Shown here piece after piece: positions 45,554-55,161 of a stretch of DNA of 64,000 bases. The translations under genes and the position numbers were made by a program. Under the pieces are notes generated by a model, which saw nothing but the letters and a program-made list of their open reading frames with translations, was not told the origin of the DNA and did no database searches. Position 1 is the first letter of the stretch, and each line of letters begins with the position of its first letter. The DNA comes from a virus: IMG/VR virus record IMGVR_UViG_3300029566_000004; one strand, written 5' to 3'.

Positions 45554-46030
45554 TTACTTAAACAACTGCTTAAGCAACTTATGCAATTCGTCATCAAGAT
45601 CTGTGGGCTTATTAGCGCACTTACACTTCTTAGTGTTAGAGATAGTCTCATGGCGCAACTTTGCGGGCTGCTCATCCATGTCCTCATTCAGAGTCTTATT
45701 AAGATTCTCAAACATGGACTTGAGCTCGGTGGCCGCAACCATTGCAGCCTCAGTTGACTCAATAACGTCGCGCACATCTTCATCAGAAAATTCGCCTTCA
45801 TCCCAACCATAGTATTTCTGCATGTATTTCCAAAAGAGCCGGCAGAGTTCAGCCATATCTTTCTGCTTTTCAGAATTGCGCTTAGCCGCTTCTTTTTCTC
45901 TTTGAGTGGCCTTCTGGTTTTCTTCATACTCAGCAAATGCTGCATTCAGAGTGTCAGCAATCTCATTAGCAATCGCCTGCGGGTCGTCACCCTTTTGAAG
46001 ACGTGCCATAATATCATCCTTTGTATACAT
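45554..46030 (-). CDS. acidic hypothetical protein
   Basis: 158-aa ORF with RBS AAGGAG. Confidence 0.6.
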   Translation of the reverse strand: MYTKDDIMARLQKGDDPQAIANEIADTLNAAFAEYEENQKATQREKEAAKRNSEKQKDMAELCRLFWKYMQKYYGWDEGEFSDEDVRDVIESTEAAMVAATELKSMFENLNKTLNEDMDEQPAKLRHETISNTKKCKCANKPTDLDDELHKLLKQLFK

Positions 46031-46076
46031 AGAATATTCTCCTTTTTTTTATTAGAATTACTTTTCTTATATATAT

Positions 46077-46105
46077 ATTATACAAAAAATTTTTATAATT
46101 TTCAA
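46077..46105 (-). promoter_or_regulatory. class-1 promoter TTGAAA-N17-TATAAT
   Basis: TTGAAA 46105-46100, TATAAT 46082-46077. Confidence 0.65.
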
Positions 46106-46120
46106 ATATTTTGTGCAAAA

Positions 46121-46905
46121 TCCGTTCGGTTACCGTACGGAGAAGCGCATTTTACGCGAAAATCGCAAAATTTGCTCAGAAAACAGCGATTTTTGTGATG
46201 CGAGAGTATAGATTTTAACCTATAAAATCATTTAGTATGCACGTTTTAGCTGTTTCTGTACATCAATGAAAATTTTTTTAGCATTTTCAATTAGATTTAA
46301 GTAAAATATATGCGTTTTTGGCATTTTTAGACAGTTTACATCTGATATAGCCTGCGCATCTTATGTCTAATTTTGCCTTATAATGATATTTTGTTTAAGG
46401 TGTATTATTTTCTTGTATATATATTATACGAAAAGTTTTTATAATTTTCAAATATACGGCACAAAAGTCAAGATAAGTCAAGCCGTACGGTTGCCGTTCG
46501 TGAACGCCGCAAGTCTCAAAAAATGGTTTCCGGAGGCGATTTTTGTGATGCGAGAGCATAGATTTTAACCTATAAAATCATTTAGTATGCATGTTTTAGG
46601 AGCTTCTCATGGCAAACAAAATTTTTTTAGCATTTTCAATTAGATTCAAGTAAAATATATGCGTTTTCGGCATTTTTGTCTACTTTTGGATGTTAGTTTG
46701 CGCTATAATTACCGTTCGGGAACGCCGCATTCTCAAAATTTGCTCAGAAAACGGTGATTTTTGTAATGCGAGAGCATAGATTTTTACCTAAAAAATCATT
46801 TACTTATAGTGTTTTAAGATTATTTATACCGCAAGCGAAAAATTTTTGGCATTTTCAACTAGATTTAAGTAAAATATTTAAAATTTTGGCATTTTTACCT
46901 ACTCC
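46121..46905. repeat. three degenerate tandem units (about 230-360 bp) without ORFs
   Basis: Shared blocks GATTTTTGTGATGCGAGAG(T/C)ATAGATTTTAACCTATAAAATCATTTAGTATGCA and TTTTTTTAGCATTTTCAATTAGATT.AAGTAAAATATATGCGTTTT in each unit. Confidence 0.8.
46423..46451 (-). promoter_or_regulatory. orphan class-1 promoter TTGAAA-N17-TATAAT (no ORF downstream)
   Basis: TTGAAA 46451-46446, TATAAT 46428-46423. The next 290 nt on the minus strand are repeat unit A with no ORF. Confidence 0.55.
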
Positions 46906-46976
46906 TGGCCGTTCGGTTATCGCACTATACCCGTTCGGGGTGTAGGTTTGAGCCGAGTTAAGGTGCAACTTATAAG

Positions 46977-47163
46977 TGTGAGCAAATTTTTTGCATATAC
47001 GTGCAATACCGAAAGATTCCTTCCGATGTCGATTACGAGAAATGACGGTCCAATGTATGAGTCCACCTTTGTGAGCAAAAATTTCGCATATGTGCGTTTT
47101 TGAATTTCGGGAAACAAAGGCGCAATATATAAGTCCGCTTTTGTGAGCAAAAATTTCGCATAT
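46977..47163. repeat. 3 copies of GTGAGCAAA(A)ATTT(T/C)GCATAT
   Basis: Copies start at 46977, 47071 and 47143. Confidence 0.8.
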
Positions 47164-47301
47164 GATATACCGAACGGGAACTCGGCCCGCATCGCTGGAA
47201 AGCGGGCCGAGCTATATAATATATTGTTTAACCCGGGCGGGATTATATATAATATAGTGATAAAAATAAAAAAGATGCCCCCTCATAGGAGGCACCTTGT
47301 C

Positions 47302-47532
47302 TTACAATTCGGCTTTTATCCTCTTATATTCATTCAGCATTAATTCTTCTGTTGCATATATTTTTGACACTTTGTTAACTCCGTCATAAGGCTTCATTAA
47401 GTATATATCTATTCGATAGCGTATACACTCAGAGCTGTTTACAAGAGCAGGATTTTCATGAACCTTATACTGACTTTTTACCACGATCGCAATATTATGT
47501 TTGGGGATAAGAGTATTAGCGAACTCAATCAT
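47302..47532 (-). CDS. small early protein
   Basis: Trimmed to ATG 47532; the longer ORF reads through the promoter -10 region. Confidence 0.5.
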   Translation of the reverse strand: MIEFANTLIPKHNIAIVVKSQYKVHENPALVNSSECIRYRIDIYLMKPYDGVNKVSKIYATEELMLNEYKRIKAEL

Positions 47533-47562
47533 TTCACATACCTCATTTCTTTTGATGTACTT

Positions 47563-47591
47563 ATTATACACTATTGCAGCGAGTTTGTCAA
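47563..47591 (-). promoter_or_regulatory. class-2 promoter TTGACA-N17-TATAAT
   Basis: TTGACA 47591-47586, TATAAT 47568-47563; palindromic element at 47611-47649 upstream. Confidence 0.75.
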
Positions 47592-47712
47592 TAGCTTTTT
47601 TAGAATTTCAATAATATATTTTTCGGCCCGGACTCGAAAATATATTATAGATAATTGATGCGTAAAAAAGCGGGGATGAAAATCCCCGCATTTATTACAC
47701 GTTGGTTAAGAA

Positions 47713-48846
47713 TTACTGCTGGTTTACGTTCCGCAAATATTTTTGATAATCAGAACGAAAATCACACAGTTCGTCATTCTGAATAGTTGCATTGTAAGCA
47801 CCATAAAACTGATTAATAGTCAGGTCGTCAGAGTTAATATCAACGCAGACAAGCATTTCGTCAGTTTCTTTATCGCACACAACGACAAGATGTCTTTCGC
47901 CGTTACGAAGATAAGTCCTCCATTCGAAAGAATTCACGCAATTGTGAAAATGATTGCCAATTTCGGCGCATTCATCACGAGTAAGCGGAACACGAATATA
48001 ATAGCGATCATTCTCATAAGACAAATCGTGAGAAGTTTGTGCTTTGGCAAACTTACGGTTTTCCGCATCAGTAATTTCTACATTGTAGCGGGCTTCCAGA
48101 TCGGCATGAGCACGATTGATATTTTCTATCTTGTAATCAGTAATTTCCAGCCTATCAAGAATTTCGATAATGCGTGACATTTTGCGGCAAACTTCACGAA
48201 TTTCAGCCTCCGCATTGTACCGCCGAAAAGAAATACCAAACAACATAAAAAGTTCAGCTTCATCTACATTAAAGAATTCTTTAACTTTTGCTTGCGCTTC
48301 AGCAAAGCGATCATTAGCGGCGGAGCGGAGCGCAGAACGGAACGCCTTACAAGATTTAATATAAGGACGCAGAGAAGGCGTAATAGATGAAGCAAAACGC
48401 GCAAGACCATATTGTTCAAGAACGTTTGCGGTCAGTTCACGTTCTACCAAATACTTCAAACGATCAACATTGGGCAAATTGTCGGGATTGGTGTTCCATT
48501 TGCGAAGTACTGTAAGCACATCTTTCCATGCGGGCAAAGTACCTATTCCCCAGTCATAAAAGAACAGACAGTCCAAAGCAAAAACTTTCACCTTGATAGA
48601 AATATCGGGCAAGCTGATAATGCGATCAGCGTATTCACGATAAACAAGATCACGATGTCCCAGAACAGCACCATAAAAAGCATCGCCGATACGTTCACTA
48701 ATCTGCTTGGGACGAGAAGACAGTTCTTTACCAGAAACACCGACAATGCGGAAGGGTTCTTCAAGGTAAGCGGTAATGTGCTTGCCAGTATCAAGATCGA
48801 TAACGTAAGTGTTGCGGTTGCGTGTAATATTAATGATAGTATCCAT
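47713..48846 (-). CDS. PcfJ-like protein (tentative)
   Basis: Trimmed to ATG 48846 (RBS AGGAG). The C-terminal HFHNCVNSF...GERHLVVV recalls the PcfJ family; assignment from memory only. Confidence 0.55.
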   Translation of the reverse strand: MDTIINITRNRNTYVIDLDTGKHITAYLEEPFRIVGVSGKELSSRPKQISERIGDAFYGAVLGHRDLVYREYADRIISLPDISIKVKVFALDCLFFYDWGIGTLPAWKDVLTVLRKWNTNPDNLPNVDRLKYLVERELTANVLEQYGLARFASSITPSLRPYIKSCKAFRSALRSAANDRFAEAQAKVKEFFNVDEAELFMLFGISFRRYNAEAEIREVCRKMSRIIEILDRLEITDYKIENINRAHADLEARYNVEITDAENRKFAKAQTSHDLSYENDRYYIRVPLTRDECAEIGNHFHNCVNSFEWRTYLRNGERHLVVVCDKETDEMLVCVDINSDDLTINQFYGAYNATIQNDELCDFRSDYQKYLRNVNQQ

Positions 48847-48877
48847 TAATTTGTATCTCCTGTTCTTTGATGACTTT

Positions 48878-48906
48878 ATTATAACAGATTTGAACATCGC
48901 TGTCAA
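48878..48906 (-). promoter_or_regulatory. class-2 promoter TTGACA-N17-TATAAT
   Basis: TTGACA 48906-48901, TATAAT 48883-48878. Confidence 0.75.
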
Positions 48907-49042
48907 GTACTTTTTGGTTAAAAGAATAATATATTTTGGCGCCCGGACGGCATTGTATACTATACATTCTTTGAAAGCTGACGAAGGCGCGGGAGGGACA
49001 CTACTCACCTCGCCACGCCTTGCCAGAAGGAAAGAAAGGAGA

Positions 49043-49357
49043 TTAATCGGGAGGGGTATCAACTTCGTGTACCCCCAACAGATAGGCAATATTATTTAGT
49101 GTGATAAATTCTTTCATTGGCTGTTGGATTTCATCGGGGATAAGAGCGGCTACGCTTGGAGCAATGCTCTTCAAGCCGTAATAAACCATTGCTACCCAAT
49201 TACCTCCGCAAGCCGCGCAATGGTTACACAGAAAGTCTTGATAAGTAATGTCCACATGGGGAGCGGCATGGATAGCAGCCACGATTTGACCGCCCAAATC
49301 TTCGCCCCAAAGGTCGATGATATCTTGATAGATTTCTTTGATGTTTTCATAGGTCAC
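49043..49357 (-). CDS. hypothetical protein
   Basis: 104-aa ORF, GTG start 9 nt after AAAGGGG. Confidence 0.5.
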   Translation of the reverse strand: MTYENIKEIYQDIIDLWGEDLGGQIVAAIHAAPHVDITYQDFLCNHCAACGGNWVAMVYYGLKSIAPSVAALIPDEIQQPMKEFITLNNIAYLLGVHEVDTPPD

Positions 49358-49385
49358 TGTTGTTTCCCCTTTCTTTTGATGTATT

Positions 49386-49414
49386 CATTATAACACAGGT
49401 TTGCGGGCTTGTCA
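49386..49414 (-). promoter_or_regulatory. class-2 promoter TTGACA-N17-TATAAT
   Basis: TTGACA 49414-49409, TATAAT 49391-49386. Confidence 0.75.
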
Positions 49415-49501
49415 ATAGCTTTACAGAATATATTTTGGCGCCCGGACGACATTGTATACTGTATATTCGCGCCTGAACATAACTAAAAAAAGGGAGGGGG
49501 A

Positions 49502-50029
49502 TTACCCCCTCATAGCGAATTTGACAATCCGTCCATTATAGCGACCATTGCTCCAATCATGGTCAAAAATTTCATCTTCACAAAGTTCTTCAACGCTATC
49601 CCATCCGCATTTATGAAACCAGTGCTTGTGATCAAAAGATACTACAAAATGGAAATCATTTACACCAACTCGGAACAAAACAATTGTTTCATCGGGACGA
49701 ATCTCTTCCAGTTCGTCAACTACTCGACAGTTAGGAAAATCTTTCAAAATGTGGTTAGTAAATCGGCGGGTTAAAAGTTCAATGCAAGAAAAATAGCAAG
49801 CCCGATTAAAAGACTCATTTTTGTCATGCCGACTTATTTCATAGGCAATTTGTTCAAGATTATCCCATTCCTCATAAACGTCATATCGTTCAGATTCATC
49901 AAAAGGTTCATACCAAGAGTAAGTACCAAGCGCAAAACCGCCGCAATTATAGCTGCATATAGCGGTATTGTAGCGGTTGCGTTTATGAGAATGATTATAA
50001 GGATCTTCGTGCGTAAAAGTGAAAAACAT
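49502..50029 (-). CDS. hypothetical protein
   Basis: 175-aa ORF with RBS. Confidence 0.6.
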   Translation of the reverse strand: MFFTFTHEDPYNHSHKRNRYNTAICSYNCGGFALGTYSWYEPFDESERYDVYEEWDNLEQIAYEISRHDKNESFNRACYFSCIELLTRRFTNHILKDFPNCRVVDELEEIRPDETIVLFRVGVNDFHFVVSFDHKHWFHKCGWDSVEELCEDEIFDHDWSNGRYNGRIVKFAMRG

Positions 50030-50065
50030 ACCTTAAATTTCCTTTCCTTTCCTTTTGGCACTTGT

Positions 50066-50094
50066 ATTATACCAGATACAAGCCTGTTTGTCAA
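50066..50094 (-). promoter_or_regulatory. class-2 promoter TTGACA-N17-TATAAT
   Basis: TTGACA 50094-50089, TATAAT 50071-50066. Confidence 0.75.
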
Positions 50095-50148
50095 TAGATT
50101 TTTGCGAGGGAAAATAATATATTTTTTTCGCCCGGACGGCATTATATA

Positions 50149-50304
50149 TTAATCAAAATCAATGTGTTTATCACGCTGACGAGAATATTTCTTTTTATTT
50201 TTAAATACGGTAGGGCGGGGCATTGTGGGGCGTTCTTCGCCCCGTACTCTCGCCAGAAAATTAAGCATTTCTTTTTCCTTTTTACTTTTTTTACGACAAC
50301 TCAT
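50149..50304 (-). CDS. 51-aa highly basic micro-protein
   Basis: Not in the track; ATGA overlap with the stop of 50301-50618; MSCRKKSKKEKE... Confidence 0.4.
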   Translation of the reverse strand: MSCRKKSKKEKEMLNFLARVRGEERPTMPRPTVFKNKKKYSRQRDKHIDFD

Positions 50305-50618
50305 AGTAAAAGATTCCTTCCGTACATGTTAATATAAGCGGTCAATTCCTCGGCGTCAACAAAGATTTCATTCGCAAGCACAAAAAACAAGTACTGATAT
50401 AATTGTGTAGTAGTGATTTTACCTGCTGTAATATGTACAACAAGGTAAGAGCGAGTGAGCAGTGGGTTAAGACGGAATGACGGTTCAAGATATGCGGTAA
50501 CTTTGGCAAGATGAGTGAGCATTTCATCTTTGGTGATATAACGTAAATACTCATTAAGAGCTTTAAGAGCGCGGTTGACGTTGCGGGATTTGTTATTGCT
50601 ACGCAGTATAGTAAACAT
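50301..50618 (-). CDS. hypothetical protein
   Basis: Trimmed to ATG 50618 (RBS AAAGGA). Confidence 0.5.
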   Translation of the reverse strand: MFTILRSNNKSRNVNRALKALNEYLRYITKDEMLTHLAKVTAYLEPSFRLNPLLTRSYLVVHITAGKITTTQLYQYLFFVLANEIFVDAEELTAYINMYGRNLLL

Positions 50619-50648
50619 TGAGTCTATTTCCTTTCTTTTGATGTACTT

Positions 50649-50677
50649 ATTATACACTATTGGAATGTTTTTGTCAA
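50649..50677 (-). promoter_or_regulatory. class-2 promoter TTGACA-N17-TATAAT
   Basis: TTGACA 50677-50672, TATAAT 50654-50649. Confidence 0.75.
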
Positions 50678-50778
50678 TAGATTTTTTCAAGAAAAAATAA
50701 TATATTTTTCGGGCCGGGCGCGCAAATATATTATAGATAGTTGCGACTGAAAGTGCGGGGGCTTGCGCCCCCTGTTGA

Positions 50779-51141
50779 TTATTGCTTAGGCGGTCTATGT
50801 TTTGTCAGCTTCAAAGTGTAGTTTTCACCGTTGAGTGTAAATTCAATCTCGGTTTCAGTCTTCACTTTTGTGATAGTTGCCTGCAACTCTGTAAGAGTGG
50901 TTTGACAAGCTGTAAGGATTGCCCCTTTTGCTTCGTCAATTTTACGTTCTCTCTGTACAGGTTTTGTGCGTTTATTACCTCCTGCATTTCGGGCATCTTT
51001 ACTTGCTTTTTTTTGCTCGGGAGTAAGCTCAAACAGATTTTCACCGTGATCAATAGCTTCATCATCTTGCAAAACTTCGATAGCTTCTTCTCTTGAGCAA
51101 TGTAAACCTTCCATGATTCGCAAAATATCAGCTTCGGTCAT
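50779..51141 (-). CDS. hypothetical protein
   Basis: Trimmed to ATG 51141 (RBS AAAGGAG). Confidence 0.55.
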   Translation of the reverse strand: MTEADILRIMEGLHCSREEAIEVLQDDEAIDHGENLFELTPEQKKASKDARNAGGNKRTKPVQRERKIDEAKGAILTACQTTLTELQATITKVKTETEIEFTLNGENYTLKLTKHRPPKQ

Positions 51142-51171
51142 AATTGTTTCTCCTTTCTTTGTGACGCTATT

Positions 51172-51200
51172 ATTATACCTAATCACGTTGCGTTTGTCAA
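51172..51200 (-). promoter_or_regulatory. class-2 promoter TTGACA-N17-TATAAT
   Basis: TTGACA 51200-51195, TATAAT 51177-51172. Confidence 0.75.
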
Positions 51201-51365
51201 GTATTTTTTGAAAATATATTATGTAGAATTGGGGTACAGGTCTATGAGCGCACTTGACATTATATCGTTGGGTGTTGGCTTGTGAGCCGCAGGGTCACTC
51301 GTTTACCTGTGTTTAAGACTTACTTACTGTTGACTATCCTTATTCAGCAAGTCCCCACAATTTTA

Positions 51366-51518
51366 TTAATCATTGTCCCAATTTTCGCCTTCTGGATCGC
51401 TGTAAGCGGCATCATCACATTCTTCAAGCAGATTATATCCTTCATCGGCAAGAGCGCAATAAACTACTGTAAGATAGGGACAACTGTCATCAGAACACGG
51501 GCAATAATATCGTTTCAT
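51366..51518 (-). CDS. 50-aa acidic Cys-containing protein
   Basis: Trimmed to ATG 51518 (RBS AAGGAG). Confidence 0.45.
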   Translation of the reverse strand: MKRYYCPCSDDSCPYLTVVYCALADEGYNLLEECDDAAYSDPEGENWDND

Positions 51519-51699
51519 TGTAGCTTTACTCCTTTTCTTTTTTCTATAAATATTATACCATATTTTTCCGTACTTGTCAATAGTTTTCGCTGCGGAAAAT
51601 AAAATATATTTTCCGGCCCGGGCCAAATTGTATATTATATAATTTAACACATAAGAAAAGAGACGTAAAACATTTTAGTAGTTTTACGTCTCAGTGATT

Positions 51700-52044
51700 T
51701 TACGCTTTGATGTTATTAAGCAATTCAACCGCTTCGGCGACCCATTCGTCAAAATGATTTTTAATCGCTTTGGCAATTTTAGAATTTCGGCAAATAAAAT
51801 GGTCATTGCCGCAATGTACTACAACTTGTGGATAGTGGAATTCAATCTTGGCACGCAACATAGCTTCAAGCGCAAGTCTTTCAGTTTTTGTACCTTTAAA
51901 TTGATACGACTTAGTGATAGAACGTTTTTCCGTACGCCATAATCGGTTAGTACGCTGTATAAGATTTACGGTTTCACCGATTTTAACGGTACGATCGCCA
52001 TTTTCAATAGCATCGGCAAAATAGATATAGGAAGTTTCTTTCAT
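51700..52044 (-). CDS. T5orf172/GIY-YIG-like domain protein
   Basis: N-terminus YIYFADAIENGDRTVKIGETVNLIQR resembles the T5orf172 motif. Confidence 0.5.
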   Translation of the reverse strand: MKETSYIYFADAIENGDRTVKIGETVNLIQRTNRLWRTEKRSITKSYQFKGTKTERLALEAMLRAKIEFHYPQVVVHCGNDHFICRNSKIAKAIKNHFDEWVAEAVELLNNIKA

Positions 52045-52248
52045 TGCGGTTTTATAATCTCCTTTGTTTTTTTGATGTACTAATTATACACCCTCTGTTG
52101 GTACTTGTCAAGTACTTTTGGCTAAAAAAAATAATATATTTTTGCGTCCGGGCCCGATTGTATATTGTATATAATATACGGTCTAAGCTAATATAAAAAA
52201 TTAAGGGGCTGAATAGCCCCTCGGGGATTGATAATCCCCTGTCGTTAA

Positions 52249-52602
52249 TTATGCAAGACTGAAATAGGCTTTCCGCTTAATCTGCTCTCTTTTTACTGAG
52301 CCTTCCTCTACAAGCTGACGGACAAGAGCGGAGGCTTTCTGGTTGCTTGCACCGTTAAGCATCGGAACGACAGACATAATTTCTGTAACAGTTCTCGCCG
52401 TGCCGTCCGCCAGTACCGCAAGAATTTCTGTTTTCGTATTATTATTAGCAGTCTGAGTTGCCGTGGGCTTTCTGTCGGAAGAGTTCTTTTTCTCAATTGA
52501 CGCTTTGAGAGCGGTCAGCGTGATACGAGTATCTTCATTCATGCCTTCCAGATTCAGAGCGTTTGTAAGAGCATCAGCATAAGTCATCGGATTTTTTGCC
52601 AT
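52249..52602 (-). CDS. putative winged-helix DNA-binding protein (paralog of 55371-55727)
   Basis: MAKNPMTYADALTNAL...; about 75 percent identical by eye to its paralog. Confidence 0.6.
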   Translation of the reverse strand: MAKNPMTYADALTNALNLEGMNEDTRITLTALKASIEKKNSSDRKPTATQTANNNTKTEILAVLADGTARTVTEIMSVVPMLNGASNQKASALVRQLVEEGSVKREQIKRKAYFSLA

Positions 52603-52887
52603 TATATACTTTCCCTTCTGGTTTTTTAGGGTTCTTCCTTCCCTTGTTGATGTACTTATTATACCACATGGGGAGCAGTTTGTCAAGCATTTTTTTGCTT
52701 TCCGAATAATATATTTTTTTGAGCTCCTTCGGTAGAGGCTTTACTCGTTCAGTCGCTCCCCTTCTTGGTACATTGATAGTATAGCACAGATAGAGGTGGA
52801 TTGCAAGCCCTTTTTGCATTATAGATAATATATTCGCACTCCCGGGCGAGATTGTATATTATTTGAGATAAAAAGCACTTGCGTGCC

Positions 52888-53334
52888 TTAAGTTAAGATG
52901 GTCTTACATTTTGTATGATAAGGGCGGCATTCCTTTTCAAAGACAGCGCGTAAATCCTTTTCAAGATTTTCTTCGGAAGTATTGACAAAATTGTCGCATC
53001 CCCAATAGGTCATTAATGAGGTCTGGGCATCAGTGATTTGAAATACATAGGTGGGGATTTCATGGGCGTATGCGTAACCGAGTTCCCAATTAGATCCTGC
53101 CGTGCTAACACGACCAACAGAAATAAAAAGAAAAATATCACTATGTAAAATAGCATGTACGTCAGCTTTGAATACTTTTTTTGCCCAATCTTCTTGAGAT
53201 ATATCCCATGCGTTAGGGATTTCAAGTTCAAAGGGACAGTAAACATCATACCCCAACGAGCGCAAAAGCTCAGCAACTTTAACCATTCGAGTGCGTTCAG
53301 TTGAACCGCACGAACCGCAGAGGTAAATTTTCAT
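52888..53334 (-). CDS. nucleoside 2-deoxyribosyltransferase-like protein
   Basis: Trimmed to MKIYLCGS...; Rossmann-like N-terminus and SNWELGYAYA motif typical of the NDT/Rcl family. Confidence 0.5.
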   Translation of the reverse strand: MKIYLCGSCGSTERTRMVKVAELLRSLGYDVYCPFELEIPNAWDISQEDWAKKVFKADVHAILHSDIFLFISVGRVSTAGSNWELGYAYAHEIPTYVFQITDAQTSLMTYWGCDNFVNTSEENLEKDLRAVFEKECRPYHTKCKTILT

Positions 53335-53353
53335 TTCGGTATATCCTTTCTCT

Positions 53354-53647
53354 TTAATTGATTTCCTTGTGTAATACCTTATGGTGGTGTTCAAAAATGC
53401 GGTTAGCGACTTCTTCGGCGGTGAGATAGCCTTCGACGTCATCGCCCACTTCTTCTTCATCGACAAGCCCCATTATTTCAAGCAGACCATCTTTTCCGCC
53501 AAAGCTGAATTTGTGGCAGACGACATCACAGACAACGTGTTTCCTATTGGGATACCATACCTGTGGAGCTCCCCAACAAGAGGTAACTTTAAAGGGGATA
53601 TTGCTCTTTTTGAGGATTTCGATAAGTTTGGTCATTTCGTTTTTCAT
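53354..53647 (-). CDS. hypothetical protein
   Basis: 97-aa ORF with RBS AAGGAG. Confidence 0.55.
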   Translation of the reverse strand: MKNEMTKLIEILKKSNIPFKVTSCWGAPQVWYPNRKHVVCDVVCHKFSFGGKDGLLEIMGLVDEEEVGDDVEGYLTAEEVANRIFEHHHKVLHKEIN

Positions 53648-53936
53648 TTTGTTATCTCCTTTTCTTTTGATACATTAATTATACCATATTGAGAGTGAGT
53701 TGTCAAGCATTTTTTTACTTTCCGAATAATATATTTTTCGGAGATTCTTCACTTTGCTTGCCCTTTTGGGTACATGTATAGTATAGCATAAATCGGTAGT
53801 AATTGCAAGTATTTTTAGCTAAAAAAAATAATATATTTTCCCGGCCGGGCGGGGTTGTATATTATGTACTCTTTCGTAATATTGTAAAAAAAGAGGGGGT
53901 ATCCCCTCTTTCATTATGACAAAAGTGTTTTCTTTT

Positions 53937-54572
53937 TCAAAACGGCACAGATATATTCGCAGTCAATTCTTCAAACTCTTTACGTTCTTGTTCTACAATC
54001 TGTTCATATTCCGCTGTAATACTCGGAATATCAATAAAATTGCGACTTGATATATAATCTGCATAATGTACGAGTTGATCAATAGCGGTAAACGGGCGAT
54101 CTTTTCGGTCAGTTACCCATTGCCCCATATGAGAGCGAATAGCCATCGGAATAAAATCAGGCAGTTTGCCATACATAGATTCATAGGCTTCATGCCAAAA
54201 ATTCTCTACCATTTCAGCGCAAATTGCGCCATGTTGCGGATAGGCTTCTTTGTCAAGCTCATTGTCATTGCCGTATTTAGCGCAATCATGAAGTAATATT
54301 GCAACACGAGCGTAATTTTTATATTCCTCGGGCATATAACTCCAACGGCTTAAACGAAGTAATTCTTCAAGGAACATACAGGCAGCTTTTACATGACGTA
54401 CTAAGCCGCCTATTCCCTGAGAAAAGACAGGGTGAAATTTTCCTGAAGAGGATGCGCCGCTTGACCAAAACCACGCGCCTACACGCTCATCCAAGAAACG
54501 AGCGCAAAAATCACGCAGCGTCAAATCAGTAATGCGTTCAAGTTCAGTTTGAAAATAAAGTGATTTTTTCAT
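53937..54572 (-). CDS. HD-domain phosphohydrolase
   Basis: H...HD motif (RHVKAA...AILLHDCAKY) and a later D. Confidence 0.7.
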   Translation of the reverse strand: MKKSLYFQTELERITDLTLRDFCARFLDERVGAWFWSSGASSSGKFHPVFSQGIGGLVRHVKAACMFLEELLRLSRWSYMPEEYKNYARVAILLHDCAKYGNDNELDKEAYPQHGAICAEMVENFWHEAYESMYGKLPDFIPMAIRSHMGQWVTDRKDRPFTAIDQLVHYADYISSRNFIDIPSITAEYEQIVEQERKEFEELTANISVPF

Positions 54573-54729
54573 TGTGTGGGGGATACCTCCTTCCCTTCAT
54601 TTCACTATTGGTATTATAACAGACTGGGACGCAAATGTCAAGCCCTTTTTCCATTTAAAAATAATATATTTTTCCGTCCGGACGCCATTGTATATTGTAT
54701 ATTATCTGTTGGTGTAAAGTAAAAGGGCT

Positions 54730-55161
54730 TTACAGCCCTTTCAGCACTTCAAATATTTCATCTTGTCGATAAGCCTTGCCTGTCCAAGCCTTACGATTTG
54801 CTTCTTCATCGTCAAACAAAATATCATTTCCTTCGTTATAACGATTTTTAGGAGTTCCATAAGGAACAATATGAATTATGTCAAATTGTACGCTTGGCAA
54901 ATGTTTTGCAAGCCAATTACGTTTTGCTTTAGCGGTGCGATCATTATATTCTGGCGTACCATTTTTAGAACACCAAGAAATAATACCGAGAGTATAACCT
55001 TCTTGCTTTAAGCGATTCAGCATACGGGCAAGGGTAGAAAAATGAATAAGCGGCTTTGCAATTTCATAGGGGGTGGTGTTATATGTTTTAAGATAATCCA
55101 GCCAGTTTTCCACGCCGTAAAAATTTGCGATCGTGCCATCCATGTCAAAGTAAATAGTCAT
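54730..55161 (-). CDS. HAD-family 5'(3')-deoxyribonucleotidase-like phosphatase
   Basis: N-terminal IYFDMDGTIANFY (DxDxT), about 140 aa. Confidence 0.65.
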   Translation of the reverse strand: MTIYFDMDGTIANFYGVENWLDYLKTYNTTPYEIAKPLIHFSTLARMLNRLKQEGYTLGIISWCSKNGTPEYNDRTAKAKRNWLAKHLPSVQFDIIHIVPYGTPKNRYNEGNDILFDDEEANRKAWTGKAYRQDEIFEVLKGL

